Assembly (NCBI GenBank): GCA_964016885.1
Contig: OZ024740.1
Location: 14,446,001-14,510,000 of the forward strand
From: Eledone cirrhosa
Lineage: Eukaryota
Length of the DNA stretch: 64,000 bases
Direction of reading: 5' to 3'
Shown here: in pieces, positions 1 to 16,087 of the stretch
Layout: every line of letters starts with the position of its first letter
How positions within the stretch are numbered: the first letter of the stretch is position 1
Program-made: the position numbers and the translations under genes
Notes under the pieces: model-generated
Told to the model about the DNA's origin: nothing
Database searches by the model: none
The model's input: the letters and a program-made list of their open reading frames with translations, nothing else

Positions 1-2040
1 ACATACATCTAGGTCCACATACAACACACAAGCAGGTAATACATACATCTAGGGCCACATACAACACACAAGCAGGTAGTATATACAACTAGGGCCACAT
101 ACAACACACAAGCAGGTAATACATACATCTAGGGCCACATACAACACACAAGCAGGTAATACATACATCTAGGCCCAGATACAACACACAAGCAGGTAAT
201 ACACACATCTAGGGCCACATACAACACACAAGCAGGTAATACATACATCTAGCGCCACATACAACACACAAGAAGGTAATACACACATCTAGGGCCACAT
301 ACAATACACAAGCAGGTAATACATACATCTAGGGCCACATACAACACACAAGCAGGTAATACATACATCTAGGGCCACATACAACACACAAGCAGGTAAT
401 ACATACATCTAGGGCCACATACAACACACAAGCAGGTAGTACATACATCTAGGGCCACATACAACACACAAACAGGTAATACACACATCTAGGGCCACAT
501 ACAACACACAAGCAGGTAATACATACATCTAGGGCCACATACAACACACAAGCAGGTAATACATACATCTAGGCCCAGATACAACACACAAGCAGGTAGT
601 ACATACATCTATGGCCACATACAACACACAAGCAGGTAGTACATACATCTAGGGCCACATGCAACACACAAGCAGGTAATACACACATCTAGGGCCACAT
701 ACAACACACAAGCAGGTAATACATACATCTAGGGCCACATACAACACACAAGCAGGTAATACATACATCTAGGGCCACATACAACACACAAGCAGGTAGT
801 ACATACATCTAGGGCCACATACAACACACAAGCAGGTAGTACATACATATAGGGCCACATACAACACACAAGCAGGTAATACACACATCTAGGGCCACAT
901 ACAACACACAAGCAGGTAGTACATACATCTAGGGCCACATACAACACACAAGCAGGTAGTACATACATCTAGGGCCACATACAACACACAAGCAGGTAAT
1001 ACATACATCTAGGGCCACATACAACACACACGCAGGTAATAAATACATCTAGGGCCACATACAACACACAAGCAGGTAATACATACATCTAGGGCCACAT
1101 ACAACACACAAGCAGGTAATACATACATATAGGCCCAGATAGAACACACAAGCAGGTAATACACACAGCTAGGGCCACATACAACACACAAGCAGGTAAT
1201 ACACACATCTAGGGCCACATACAACACACAAGCAGGTAATACATACATCTAGGGCCACATACAACACACAAGCAGGTAATACACACATCTAGGGCCACAT
1301 ACAACACACAAGCAGGTAATACACACATCTAGGGCCACATACAACACACAAGCAGGTAATACACACATCTAGGGCCACATACAACACACAAGCAGGTAAT
1401 ACATACATCTAGGGCCACATACAACACACAAGCAGGTAGTACATACAACTAGGGCCACACACAACACACAAGCAGGTAATACATACATCTAGGGCCACAT
1501 ACAACACACACGCAGGTAGTACATACATCTAGGACCACATACAACACACAAGCAGGTAATACATACATCTAGCACCACATACAACACACACGCAGGTAGT
1601 ACATACATCTAGGGCCACATACAACACACAAGCAGGTAATACATACATCTAGGATCACATACAACACACAAGCAGGTAATACATACATCTAGGACCACAT
1701 ACAACACACAAGCAGGTAATACATACATCTAGGGCCACATACAACACACAAGCAGGTAATACATACATCTAGGACCACATACAACACACAAGCAGGTAAT
1801 ACACACATCTAGGGCCACATACAACACACAAGCAGGTAATACACACATCTAGGGCCACATACAACACACAAGCAGGTAGTACATACATCTAGGGCCACAT
1901 ACAACACACAAGCAAATAATACATACATCTAGGGCCACATACAACACACAAGCAGGTAATACATACATCTAGGGCCACATACAACACACAAGCAGGTAAT
2001 ACATACATCTAGGGCCACATACAACACACAAGCAAGTAAT

Positions 2041-5000
2041 ACATACATCTAGGGCCACATACAACACACAAGCAGGTAATACATACATCTAGGACCACAT
2101 ACAACACACAAGCAGTTAATACACACATCTAGGGCCACATACAACACACAAGCAGGTAATACACACATCTAGGGCCACATACAACACACGAGCAGGTAGT
2201 ACATACATCTAGGGCCACATACAACACACAAGCAGGTAATACAGACATCTAGGGCCACATACTACACACAAGCAGGTAATACATACATCTAGGGCCACAT
2301 ACAACACACAAGCAGGTAATACATACATCTAGGGCCACATACAACACACAAGCAGGTAATACATACATCTAGGGTCACATAGAACACACAAGCAGGTAAT
2401 ACATACATCTAGGACCACATACAACACACAAGCAGGTAATACATACATCTAGGGCCACATACAACACACAAGCAGGTAATACATACATCTAGGGCCACAT
2501 ACAACACACAAGCAGGTAATACATACATCTAGGGCCACATACAACACACAAGCAGGTAGTACATACATCTAGGACCACATACAACACACAAGCAGGTAAT
2601 ACATACATCTAGGGTCACATAGAACACACAAGCAGGTAATACATACATCTAGGACCACATACAACACACAAGCAGGTAATACATACATCTAGGGCCACAT
2701 ACAACACACAAGCAGGTAATACATACATCTAGGGCAACATACAACACACAAGCAGGTAATACATACATCTAGGGCCACATACAACACACAAGCAGGTAAT
2801 ACATACATCTAGGGCCACATACAACACACAAGCAAGTAATACATACATCTAGGGCCACACACAACACACAAGCAGGTAATACACACATCTAGGGCCACAT
2901 ACAACACACAAGCAGGTAATACACACATCTAGGGCCACATACAACACACAAGCAGGTAATACAGACATCTAGGGCCACATACTACACACAAGCAGGTAAT
3001 ACATACATCTAGGCCACATACAACACACAAGCAGGTAATACATACATCTAGGGCCACATACAACACACAAGCAAGTAATACATACATCTAGGGCCACATA
3101 CAACACACAAGCAGGTAATACATACATCTATGGCCACATACAACACACAAGCAGGTAATACATACATATAGGGCCACATACAACACAAAAGCAGGTAGTA
3201 CATACATCTAGGGCCACATACAACACACAAGCAGGTAATACAGACATCTAGGGCCACATACAACACACAAGTAGGTAATACACACATCTAGGGCCACATA
3301 CAACACACACGCAGGTAATACAGACATCTCGCACCACATACAACACACAAGCAGGTAATACATACATCTAGGGCCACATACAACACACAAGCAGGTAATA
3401 CACACATCTAGGGCCACATACAACACACACGCAGGTAATACACACATCTAGCACCACATACAACACACAAACAGGTAGTACATACATCTAGGGCCACATA
3501 CAACACACAAGCAGGTAATACACACATCTAGGGCCACATACAACACACACGCAGGTAATACAGACATCTAGCACCACATACAACACACAAGCAGGTAATA
3601 CATACATCTAGGGCCACATACAACACACAAGCAAGTAATACATACATCTAGGGCCACACACAACACACAAGCAGGTAATACACACATCTAGGGCCACATA
3701 CAACACACAAGCAGGTAATACACACATCTAGGGCCACATACAACACACAAGCAGGTAATACAGACATCTAGGGCCACATACTACACACAAGCAGGTAATA
3801 CATACATCTAGGCCACATACAACACACAAGCAGGTAATACATACATCTAGGGCCACATACAACACACAAGCAAGTAATACATACATCTAGGGCCACATAC
3901 AACACACAAGCAGGTAATACATACATCTATGGCCACATACAACACACAAGCAGGTAATACATACATATAGGGCCACATACAACACAAAAGCAGGTAGTAC
4001 ATACATCTAGGTCCACATACAACACACAAGCAGGTAATACAGACATCTAGGGCCACATACAACACACAAGCAGGTAATACACACATCTAGGGCCACATAC
4101 AACACACACGCAGGTAATACAGACATCTAGCACCACATACAACACACAAGCAGGTAATACATACATCTAGGGCCACATACAACACACAAGCAGGTAATAC
4201 ACACATCTCGCACCACATACAACACACAAACAGGTAGTACATACATCTAGGGCCATATACAACACACAAGCAGGTAATACAGACATCTAGGGCCACATAC
4301 AACACACAAGCAGGTAGTACACACATCTAGGGCCACATACAACACACAAGCAGGTAGTACACACATCTAGGGCCATATACAACACACAAGCAGGTAGTAC
4401 ATACATCTAGGACCACATACAACACACAAGCAGGTAGTACACACATCTAGGGCCACATACAACACACAAGCAGGTAATACTTACATCTAGGGCCACATAC
4501 AACACACACGCAGGTAGTACATACATCTAGGACCACATACAACACACAAGCAGGTAATACATACATCTAGCACCACATACAACACACACGCAGGTAGTAC
4601 ATACATCTAGGGCCACATACAACACACAAGCAGGTAATACATACATCTAGGATCACAGACAACACACAAGCAGGTAATACATACATCTAGGACCACATAC
4701 AACACACAAGCAGGTAATACATACATCTAGGGCCACATACAACACACAAGCAGGTAATACATACATCTAGGACCACATACAACACACAAGCAGGTAATAC
4801 ACACATCTAGGGCCACATACAACACACAAGCAGGTAGTACACACATCTAGGGCCACATACAACACACAAGCAGGTAGTACATACATCTAGGGCCACATAC
4901 AACACACAAGCAAGTAATACATACATCTAGGGCCACACACAACACACAAGCAGGTAATACACACATCTAGGGCCACATACAACACACAAGCAGGTAATAC

Positions 5001-8000
5001 ACACATCTAGGGCCACATACAACACACAAGCAGGTAATACAGACATCTAGGGCCACATACTACACACAAGCAGGTAATACATACATCTAGGCCACATACA
5101 ATACACAAGCAGGTAATACATACATCTAGGGCCACATACAACACACAAGCAAGTAATACATACATCTAGGGCCACATACAACACACAAGCAGGTAATACA
5201 TACATCTATGGCCACATACAACACACAAGCAGGTAATACATACATATAGGGCCACATACAACACAAAAGCAGGTAGTACATACATCTAGGGCCACATACA
5301 ACACACAAGCAGGTAATACAGACATCTAGGGCCACATACAACACACAAGCAGGTAATACACACATCTAGGGCCACATACAACACACACGCAGGTAATACA
5401 GACATCTAGCACCACATACAACACACAAGCAGGTAATACATACATCTAGGGCCACATACAACACACAAGCAGGTAATACACACATCTAGGGCCACATACA
5501 ACACACACGCAGGTAATACACACATCTAGCACCACATACAACACACAAACAGGTAGTACATACATCTAGGGCCACATACAACACACAAGCAGGTAATACA
5601 CACATCTAGGGCCACATACAACACACACGCAGGTAATACAGACATCTAGCACCACATACAACACACAAGCAGGTAATACATACATCTAGGGCCACATACA
5701 ACACACAAGCAGGTAATACACACATCTCGCACCACATACAACACACAAACAGGTAGTACATACATCTAGGGCCATATACAACACACAAGCAGGTAATACA
5801 GACATCTAGGGCCACATACAACACACAAGCAGGTAGTACACACATATAGGGCCACATACAACACACAAGCAGGTAGTACACACATCTAGGGCCATATACA
5901 ACACACAAGCAGGTAGTACATACATCTAGGACCACATACAACACACAAGCAGGTTGTACACACATCTAGGGCCACATACAACACACAAGCAGGTAATACA
6001 TACATCTAGGGCCACATACAACACACACGCAGGTAGTACATACATCTAGGACCACATACAACACACAAGCAGGTAATACATACATTTAGCACCACATACA
6101 ACACACACGCAGGTAGTACATACATCTAGGGCCACATACAACACACAAGCAGGTAATACATACATCTAGGATCACATACAACACACAAGCAGGTAATACA
6201 TACATCTAGGACCACATACAACACACAAGCAGGTAATACATACATCTAGGGCCACATACAACACACAAGCAGGTAATACATACATCTAGGACCACATACA
6301 ACACACAAGCAGGTAATACACACATCTAGGGCCACATACAACACACAAGCAGGTAGTACACACATCTAGGGCCACATACAACACACAAGCAGGTAGTACA
6401 TAGATCTAGGGCCACATACAACACACAAGCAAGTAATACATACATCTAGGGCCACATACAACACACAAGCAGGTAATACATACATCTAGGGCCACATACA
6501 ACACACAAGCAAGTAATACATACATCTAGGGCCACATACAACACACAAGCAAGTAATACATACATCTAGGGCCACATACAACACACAAGCAGGTAATACA
6601 TACATCTAGAACCACATACAACACACAAGCAGGTAATACACATATCTAGGGCCACATACAACACACAAGCAGGTAATACACACATCTAGGGCCACATACA
6701 ACACACGAGCAGGTAGTACATACATCTAGGGCCACATACAACACACAAGCAGGTAATACAGACATCTAGGGCCACATACTACACACAAGCAGGTAATACA
6801 TACATCTAGGCCACATACAACACACAAGCAGGTAATACATACATCTAGGGCCACATACAACACACAAGCAAGTAATACATACATCTAGGGCCACATACAA
6901 CACACAAGCAGGTAATACATACATCTATGGCCACATACAACACACAAGCAGGTAATACATACATCTAGGGCCACATACAACACAAAAGCAGGTAGTACAT
7001 ACATCTAGGGCCACATACAACACACACGCAGGTAATAAATACATCTAGGGCCACATACAACACACAAGCAGGTAATACATATATCTAGGGCCACATACAA
7101 CACACAAGCAAGTAATACATACATCTAGGGCCACATACAACACACAAGCAGGTAATACACACATCTAGGGCCACATACAACACACACGCAGGTAATACAG
7201 ACATCTAGCACCACATACAACACACAAGCAGGTAATACATACATCTAGGGCCACATACAACACACAAGCAGGTAATACACACATCTAGGGCCACATACAA
7301 CACACACGCAGGTAATACACACATCTAGCACCACATACAACACACAAACAGGTAATACATACATCTAGGGCCACATACAACACACAAGCAGGTAATACAC
7401 ACATCTAGGGCCACATACAACACACACGCAGGTAATACAGACATCTAGCACTACATACAACACACAAGCAGGTAATACATACATCTAGGGCCACATACAA
7501 CACACAAGCAGGTAATACACACATCTAGCACCACATACAACACACAAGCAGGTAATACATACATCTAGGACCACATACAACACACAAGCAGGTAATACAT
7601 ACATCTAGGGCCACATACAACACACAAGCAGGTAGTACACACATCTAGGGCCACATACAACACACAAGCAGGTAATACATACATCTAGGGCCACATACAA
7701 CACACAAGCAGGTAGTACACACATCTAGGGCCACATACAACACACAAGCAAGTAATACATACATCTAGGGCCACATACAACACACAAGCAGGTAATACAC
7801 ACATCTAGCACCACATACAACACACAAACAGGTAGTACATGCATCTAGGGCCACATACAACACACAAGCAGGTAATACAGACATCTAGGGCCACATACAA
7901 CACACAAGCAGGTAGTACACACATCTAGGGCCACATACAACACACAAGCAGGTAGTACACACATCTAGGGCCACATACAACACACAAGCAGGTAGTACAT

Positions 8001-11000
8001 ACAGCTAGGACCACATACAACACACAAGCAGGTAGTACACACATCTAGGGCCACATACAACACACAAGCAGGTAGTACATACATCTAGGGCCACATACAA
8101 CACACAAGCAGGTAATACATACATCTAGGACCACATACAACACACAAGCAGTTAATACACACATCTAGGGCCACATACAACACACAAGCAGGTAATACAC
8201 ACATCTAGGGCCACATACAACACACGAGCAGGTAGTACATACATCTAGGGCCACATACAACACACAAGCAGGTAATACAGACATCTAGGGCCACATACTA
8301 CACACAAGCAGGTAATACATACATCTAGGGCCACATACAACACACAAGCAGGTAATACATACATCTAGGGCCACATACAACACACAAGCAGGTAATACAT
8401 ACATCTAGGGTCACATAGAACACACAAGCAGGTAATACATACATCTAGGACCACATACAACACACAAGCAGGTAATACATACATCTAGGGCCACATACAA
8501 CACACAAGCAGGTAATACATACATCTAGGGCCACATACAACACACAAGCAGGTAATACATACATCTAGGGCCACATACAACACACAAGCAGGTAGTACAT
8601 ACATCTAGGACCACATACAACACACAAGCAGGTAATACATACATCTAGGGTCACATAGAACACACAAGCAGGTAATACATACATCTAGGACCACATACAA
8701 CACACAAGCAGGTAATACATACATCTAGGGCCACATACAACACACAAGCAGGTAATACATACATCTAGGGCAACATACAACACACAAGCAGGTAATACAT
8801 ACATCTAGGGCCACATACAACACACAAGCAGGTAATACATACATTTAGGGCCACATACAACACACAAGCAAGTAATACATACATCTAGGGCCACACACAA
8901 CACACAAGCAGGTAATACACACATCTAGGGCCACATACAACACACAAGCAGGTAATACACACATCTAGGGCCACATACAACACACAAGCAGGTAATACAG
9001 ACATCTAGGGCCACATACTACACACAAGCAGGTAATACATACATCTAGGCCACATACAACACACAAGCAGGTAATACATACATCTAGGGCCACATACAAC
9101 ACACAAGCAAGTAATACATACATCTAGGGCCACATACAACACACAAGCAGGTAATACATACATCTATGGCCACATACAACACACAAGCAGGTAATACATA
9201 CATATAGGGCCACATACAACACAAAAGCAGGTAGTACATACATCTAGGGCCACATACAACACACAAGCAGGTAATACAGACATCTAGGGCCACATACAAC
9301 ACACAAGTAGGTAATACACACATCTAGGGCCACATACAACACACACGCAGGTAATACAGACATCTCGCACCACATACAACACACAAGCAGGTAATACATA
9401 CATCTAGGGCCACATACAACACACAAGCAGGTAATACACACATCTAGGGCCACATACAACACACACGCAGGTAATACACACATCTAGCACCACATACAAC
9501 ACACAAACAGGTAGTACATACATCTAGGGCCACATACAACACACAAGCAGGTAATACACACATCTAGGGCCACATACAACACACACGCAGGTAATACAGA
9601 CATCTAGCACCACATACAACACACAAGCAGGTAATACATACATCTAGGGCCACATACAACACACAAGCAAGTAATACATACATCTAGGGCCACACACAAC
9701 ACACAAGCAGGTAATACACACATCTAGGGCCACATACAACACACAAGCAGGTAATACACACATCTAGGGCCACATACAACACACAAGCAGGTAATACAGA
9801 CATCTAGGGCCACATACTACACACAAGCAGGTAATACATACATCTAGGCCACATACAACACACAAGCAGGTAATACATACATCTAGGGCCACATACAACA
9901 CACAAGCAAGTAATACATACATCTAGGGCCACATACAACACACAAGCAGGTAATACATACATCTATGGCCACATACAACACACAAGCAGGTAATACATAC
10001 ATATAGGGCCACATACAACACAAAAGCAGGTAGTACATACATCTAGGTCCACATACAACACACAAGCAGGTAATACAGACATCTAGGGCCACATACAACA
10101 CACAAGCAGGTAATACACACATCTAGGGCCACATACAACACACACGCAGGTAATACAGACATCTAGCACCACATACAACACACAAGCAGGTAATACATAC
10201 ATCTAGGGCCACATACAACACACAAGCAGGTAATACACACATCTCGCACCACATACAACACACAAACAGGTAGTACATACATCTAGGGCCATATACAACA
10301 CACAAGCAGGTAATACAGACATCTAGGGCCACATACAACACACAAGCAGGTAGTACACACATCTAGGGCCACATACAACACACAAGCAGGTAGTACACAC
10401 ATCTAGGGCCATATACAACACACAAGCAGGTAGTACATACATCTAGGACCACATACAACACACAAGCAGGTAGTACACACATCTAGGGCCACATACAACA
10501 CACAAGCAGGTAATACTTACATCTAGGGCCACATACAACACACACGCAGGTAGTACATACATCTAGGACCACATACAACACACAAGCAGGTAATACATAC
10601 ATCTAGCACCACATACAACACACACGCAGGTAGTACATACATCTAGGGCCACATACAACACACAAGCAGGTAATACATACATCTAGGATCACAGACAACA
10701 CACAAGCAGGTAATACATACATCTAGGACCACATACAACACACAAGCAGGTAATACATACATCTAGGGCCACATACAACACACAAGCAGGTAATACATAC
10801 ATCTAGGACCACATACAACACACAAGCAGGTAATACACACATCTAGGGCCACATACAACACACAAGCAGGTAGTACACACATCTAGGGCCACATACAACA
10901 CACAAGCAGGTAGTACATACATCTAGGGCCACATACAACACACAAGCAAGTAATACATACATCTAGGGCCACACACAACACACAAGCAGGTAATACACAC

Positions 11001-13992
11001 ATCTAGGGCCACATACAACACACAAGCAGGTAATACACACATCTAGGGCCACATACAACACACAAGCAGGTAATACAGACATCTAGGGCCACATACTACA
11101 CACAAGCAGGTAATACATACATCTAGGCCACATACAATACACAAGCAGGTAATACATACATCTAGGGCCACATACAACACACAAGCAAGTAATACATACA
11201 TCTAGGGCCACATACAACACACAAGCAGGTAATACATACATCTATGGCCACATACAACACACAAGCAGGTAATACATACATATAGGGCCACATACAACAC
11301 AAAAGCAGGTAGTACATACATCTAGGGCCACATACAACACACAAGCAGGTAATACAGACATCTAGGGCCACATACAACACACAAGCAGGTAATACACACA
11401 TCTAGGGCCACATACAACACACACGCAGGTAATACACACATCTAGCACCACATACAACACACAAACAGGTAGTACATACATCTAGGGCCACATACAACAC
11501 ACAAGCAGGTAATACACACATCTAGGGCCACATACAACACACACGCAGGTAATACAGACATCTAGCACCACATACAACACACAAGCAGGTAATACATACA
11601 TCTAGGGCCACATACAACGCACAAGCAGGTAATACACACATCTCGCACCACATACAACACACAAACAGGTAGTACATACATCTAGGGCCATATACAACAC
11701 ACAAGCAGGTAATACAGACATCTAGGGCCACATACAACACACAAGCAGGTAGTACACACATATAGGGCCACATACAACACACAAGCAGGTAGTACACACA
11801 TCTAGGGCCATATACAACACACAAGCAGGTAGTACATACATCTAGGACCACATACAACACACAAGCAGGTTGTACACACATCTAGGGCCACATACAACAC
11901 ACAAGCAGGTAATACATACATCTAGGGCCACATACAACACACACGCAGGTAGTACATACATCTAGGACCACATACAACACACAAGCAGGTAATACATACA
12001 TTTAGCACCACATACAACACACACGCAGGTAGTACATACATCTAGGGCCACATACAACACACAAGCAGGTAATACATACATCTAGGATCACATACAACAC
12101 ACAAGCAGGTAATACATACATCTAGGACCACATACAACACACAAGCAGGTAATACATACATCTAGGGCCACATACAACACACAAGCAGGTAATACATACA
12201 TCTAGGACCACATACAACACACAAGCAGGTAATACACACATCTAGGGCCACATACAACACACAAGCAGGTAGTACACACATCTAGGGCCACATACAACAC
12301 ACAAGCAGGTAGTACATAGATCTAGGGCCACATACAACACACAAGCAAGTAATACATACATCTAGGGCCACATACAACACACAAGCAGGTAATACATACA
12401 TCTAGGGCCACATACAACACACAAGCAAGTAATACATACATCTAGGGCCACATACAACGCACAAGCAAGTAATACATACATCTAGGGCCACATACAACAC
12501 ACAAGCAGGTAATACATACATCTAGAACCACATACAACACACAAGCAGGTAATACACATATCTAGGGCCACATACAACACACAAGCAGGTAATACACACA
12601 TCTAGGGCCACATACAACACACGAGCAGGTAGTACATACATCTAGGGCCACATACAACACACAAGCAGGTAATACAGACATCTAGGGCCACATACTACAC
12701 ACAAGCAGGTAATACATACATCTAGGCCACATACAACACACAAGCAGGTAATACATACATCTAGGGCCACATACAACACACAAGCAAGTAATACATACAT
12801 CTAGGGCCACATACAACACACAAGCAGGTAATACATACATCTATGGCCACATACAACACACAAGCAGGTAATACATACATCTAGGGCCACATACAACACA
12901 AAAGCAGGTAGTACATACATCTAGGGCCACATACAACACACACGCAGGTAATAAATACATCTAGGGCCACATACAACACACAAGCAGGTAATACATATAT
13001 CTAGGGCCACATACAACACACAAGCAAGTAATACATACATCTAGGGCCACATACAACACACAAGCAGGTAATACACACATCTAGGGCCACATACAACACA
13101 CACGCAGGTAATACAGACATCTAGCACCACATACAACACACAAGCAGGTAATACATACATCTAGGGCCACATACAACACACAAGCAGGTAATACACACAT
13201 CTAGGGCCACATACAACACACACGCAGGTAATACACACATCTAGCACCACATACAACACACAAACAGGTAATACATACATCTAGGGCCACATACAACACA
13301 CAAGCAGGTAATACACACATCTAGGGCCACATACAACACACACGCAGGTAATACAGACATCTAGCACTACATACAACACACAAGCAGGTAATACATACAT
13401 CTAGGGCCACATACAACACACAAGCAGGTAATACACACATCTAGCACCACATACAACACACAAGCAGGTAATACATACATCTAGGACCACATACAACACA
13501 CAAGCAGGTAATACATACATCTAGGGCCACATACAACACACAAGCAGGTAGTACACACATCTAGGGCCACATACAACACACAAGCAGGTAATACATACAT
13601 CTAGGGCCACATACAACACACAAGCAGGTAGTACACACATCTAGGGCCACATACAACACACAAGCAAGTAATACATACATCTAGGGCCACATACAACACA
13701 CAAGCAGGTAATACACACATCTAGCACCACATACAACACACAAACAGGTAGTACATGCATCTAGGGCCACATACAACACACAAGCAGGTAATACAGACAT
13801 CTAGGGCCACATACAACACACAAGCAGGTAGTACACACATCTAGGGCCACATACAACACACAAGCAGGTAGTACACACATCTAGGGCCACATACAACACA
13901 CAAGCAGGTAGTACATACAGCTAGGACCACATACAACACACAAGCAGGTAGTACACACATCTAGGGCCACATACAACACACAAGCAGGTAGT
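2041..13992 (+). repeat. Tandem segmental duplication, period 6036 bp (151 monomers, four of them 39 bp): ~2041-8076 and ~8077-13992; the second copy lacks 120 bp
   Basis: Rare variants recur at +6036 (GTTAAT 2115/8151; ORF-track starts 3048/9084, 3847/9883, 5126/11162). After a 3-monomer loss near 11.4 kb they recur at +5916 (5606/11522; CAGCTAGGA 8002/13918). Confidence 0.92.
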
Positions 13993-16087
13993 ACATACAT
14001 CTAGGGCCACATACAACACACAAGCAAGTAATACATACATCTAGGGCCACATACAAAACACACGCAGGTAATACAGACATCTAGCACCACATACAACACA
14101 CAAGCAGGTAATACATACATCTAGGACCACATACAACACACAAGCAGGTAATACATACATCTAGGGCCACATACAACACACAAGCAGGTAATACATACAT
14201 CTAGGACCACATACAACACACAAGCAGGTAATACACACATCTAGGGCCACATACAACACACAAGCAGGTAGTACACACATCTAGGGCCACATACAACACA
14301 CAAGCAGGTAGTACATAGATCTAGGGCCACATACAACACACAAGCAAGTAATACATACATCTAGGGCCACATACAACACACAAGCAGGTAATACATACAT
14401 CTAGGGCCACATACAACACACAAGCAAGTAATACATACATCTAGGGCCACATACAACACACAAGCAAGTAATACATACATCTAGGGCCACATACAACACA
14501 CAAGCAGGTAATACATACATCTAGAACCACATACAACACACAAGCAGGTAATACACATATCTAGGGCCACATACAACACACAAGCAGGTAATACACACAT
14601 CTAGGGCCACATACAACACACGAGCAGGTAGTACATACATCTAGGGCCACATACAACACACAAGCAGGTAATACAGACATCTAGGGCCACATACTACACA
14701 CAAGCAGGTAATACATACATCTAGGCCACATACAACACACAAGCAGGTAATACATACATCTAGGGCCACATACAACACACAAGCAAGTAATACATACATC
14801 TAGGGCCACATACAACACACAAGCAGGTAATACATACATCTATGGCCACATACAACACACAAGCAGGTAATACATACATCTAGGGCCACATACAACACAA
14901 AAGCAGGTAGTACATACATCTAGGGCCACATACAACACACACGCAGGTAATAAATACATCTAGGGCCACATACAACACACAAGCAGGTAATACATATATC
15001 TAGGGCCACATACAACACACAAGCAAGTAATACATACATCTAGGGCCACATACAACACACAAGCAGGTAATACACACATCTAGGGCCACATACAACACAC
15101 ACGCAGGTAATACAGACATCTAGCACCACATACAACACACAAGCAGGTAATACATACATCTAGGGCCACATACAACACACAAGCAGGTAATACACACATC
15201 TAGGGCCACATACAACACACACGCAGGTAATACACACATCTAGCACCACATACAACACACAAACAGGTAATACATACATCTAGGGCCACATACAACACAC
15301 AAGCAGGTAATACACACATCTAGGGCCACATACAACACACACGCAGGTAATACAGACATCTAGCACTACATACAACACACAAGCAGGTAATACATACATC
15401 TAGGGCCACATACAACACACAAGCAGGTAATACACACATCTAGCACCACATACAACACACAAGCAGGTAATACATACATCTAGGACCACATACAACACAC
15501 AAGCAGGTAATACATACATCTAGGGCCACATACAACACACAATCAGGTAGTACACACATCTAGGGCCACATACAACACACAAGCAGGTAATACATACATC
15601 TAGGGCCACATACAACACACAAGCAGGTAGTACACACATCTAGGGCCACATACAACACACAAGCAAGTAATACATACATCTAGGGCCACATACAACACAC
15701 AAGCAGGTAATACACACATCTAGCACCACATACAACACACAAACAGGTAGTACATGCATCTAGGGCCACATACAACACACAAGCAGGTAATACAGACATC
15801 TAGGGCCACATACAACACACAAGCAGGTAGTACACACATCTAGGGCCACATACAACACACAAGCAGGTAGTACACACATCTAGGGCCACATACAACACAC
15901 AAGCAGGTAGTACATACAGCTAGGACCACATACAACACACAAGCAGGTAGTACACACATCTAGGGCCACATACAACACACAAGCAGGTAGTACATACATC
16001 TAGGGCCACATACAACACACAAGCAAGTAATACATACATCTAGGGCCACATACAACACACACGCAGGTAATACAGACATCTAGCACC
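12090..16087 (+). repeat. Tandem duplication, period 1999 bp (50 monomers, one of them 39 bp): ~12090-14088 and ~14089-16087
   Basis: TAGATC at 12317/14316 and TCTAGAACC at 12521/14520. The GCACTAC, CATGCATC and CAGCTAGG variants share the same offset. Confidence 0.9.

Noticed and set aside
9-16. CTAG and GGCC palindromes as a hairpin, terminator or operator
   Set aside because: They are only 4-bp palindromes with no extended inverted repeat, and GGCC is frequently mutated.
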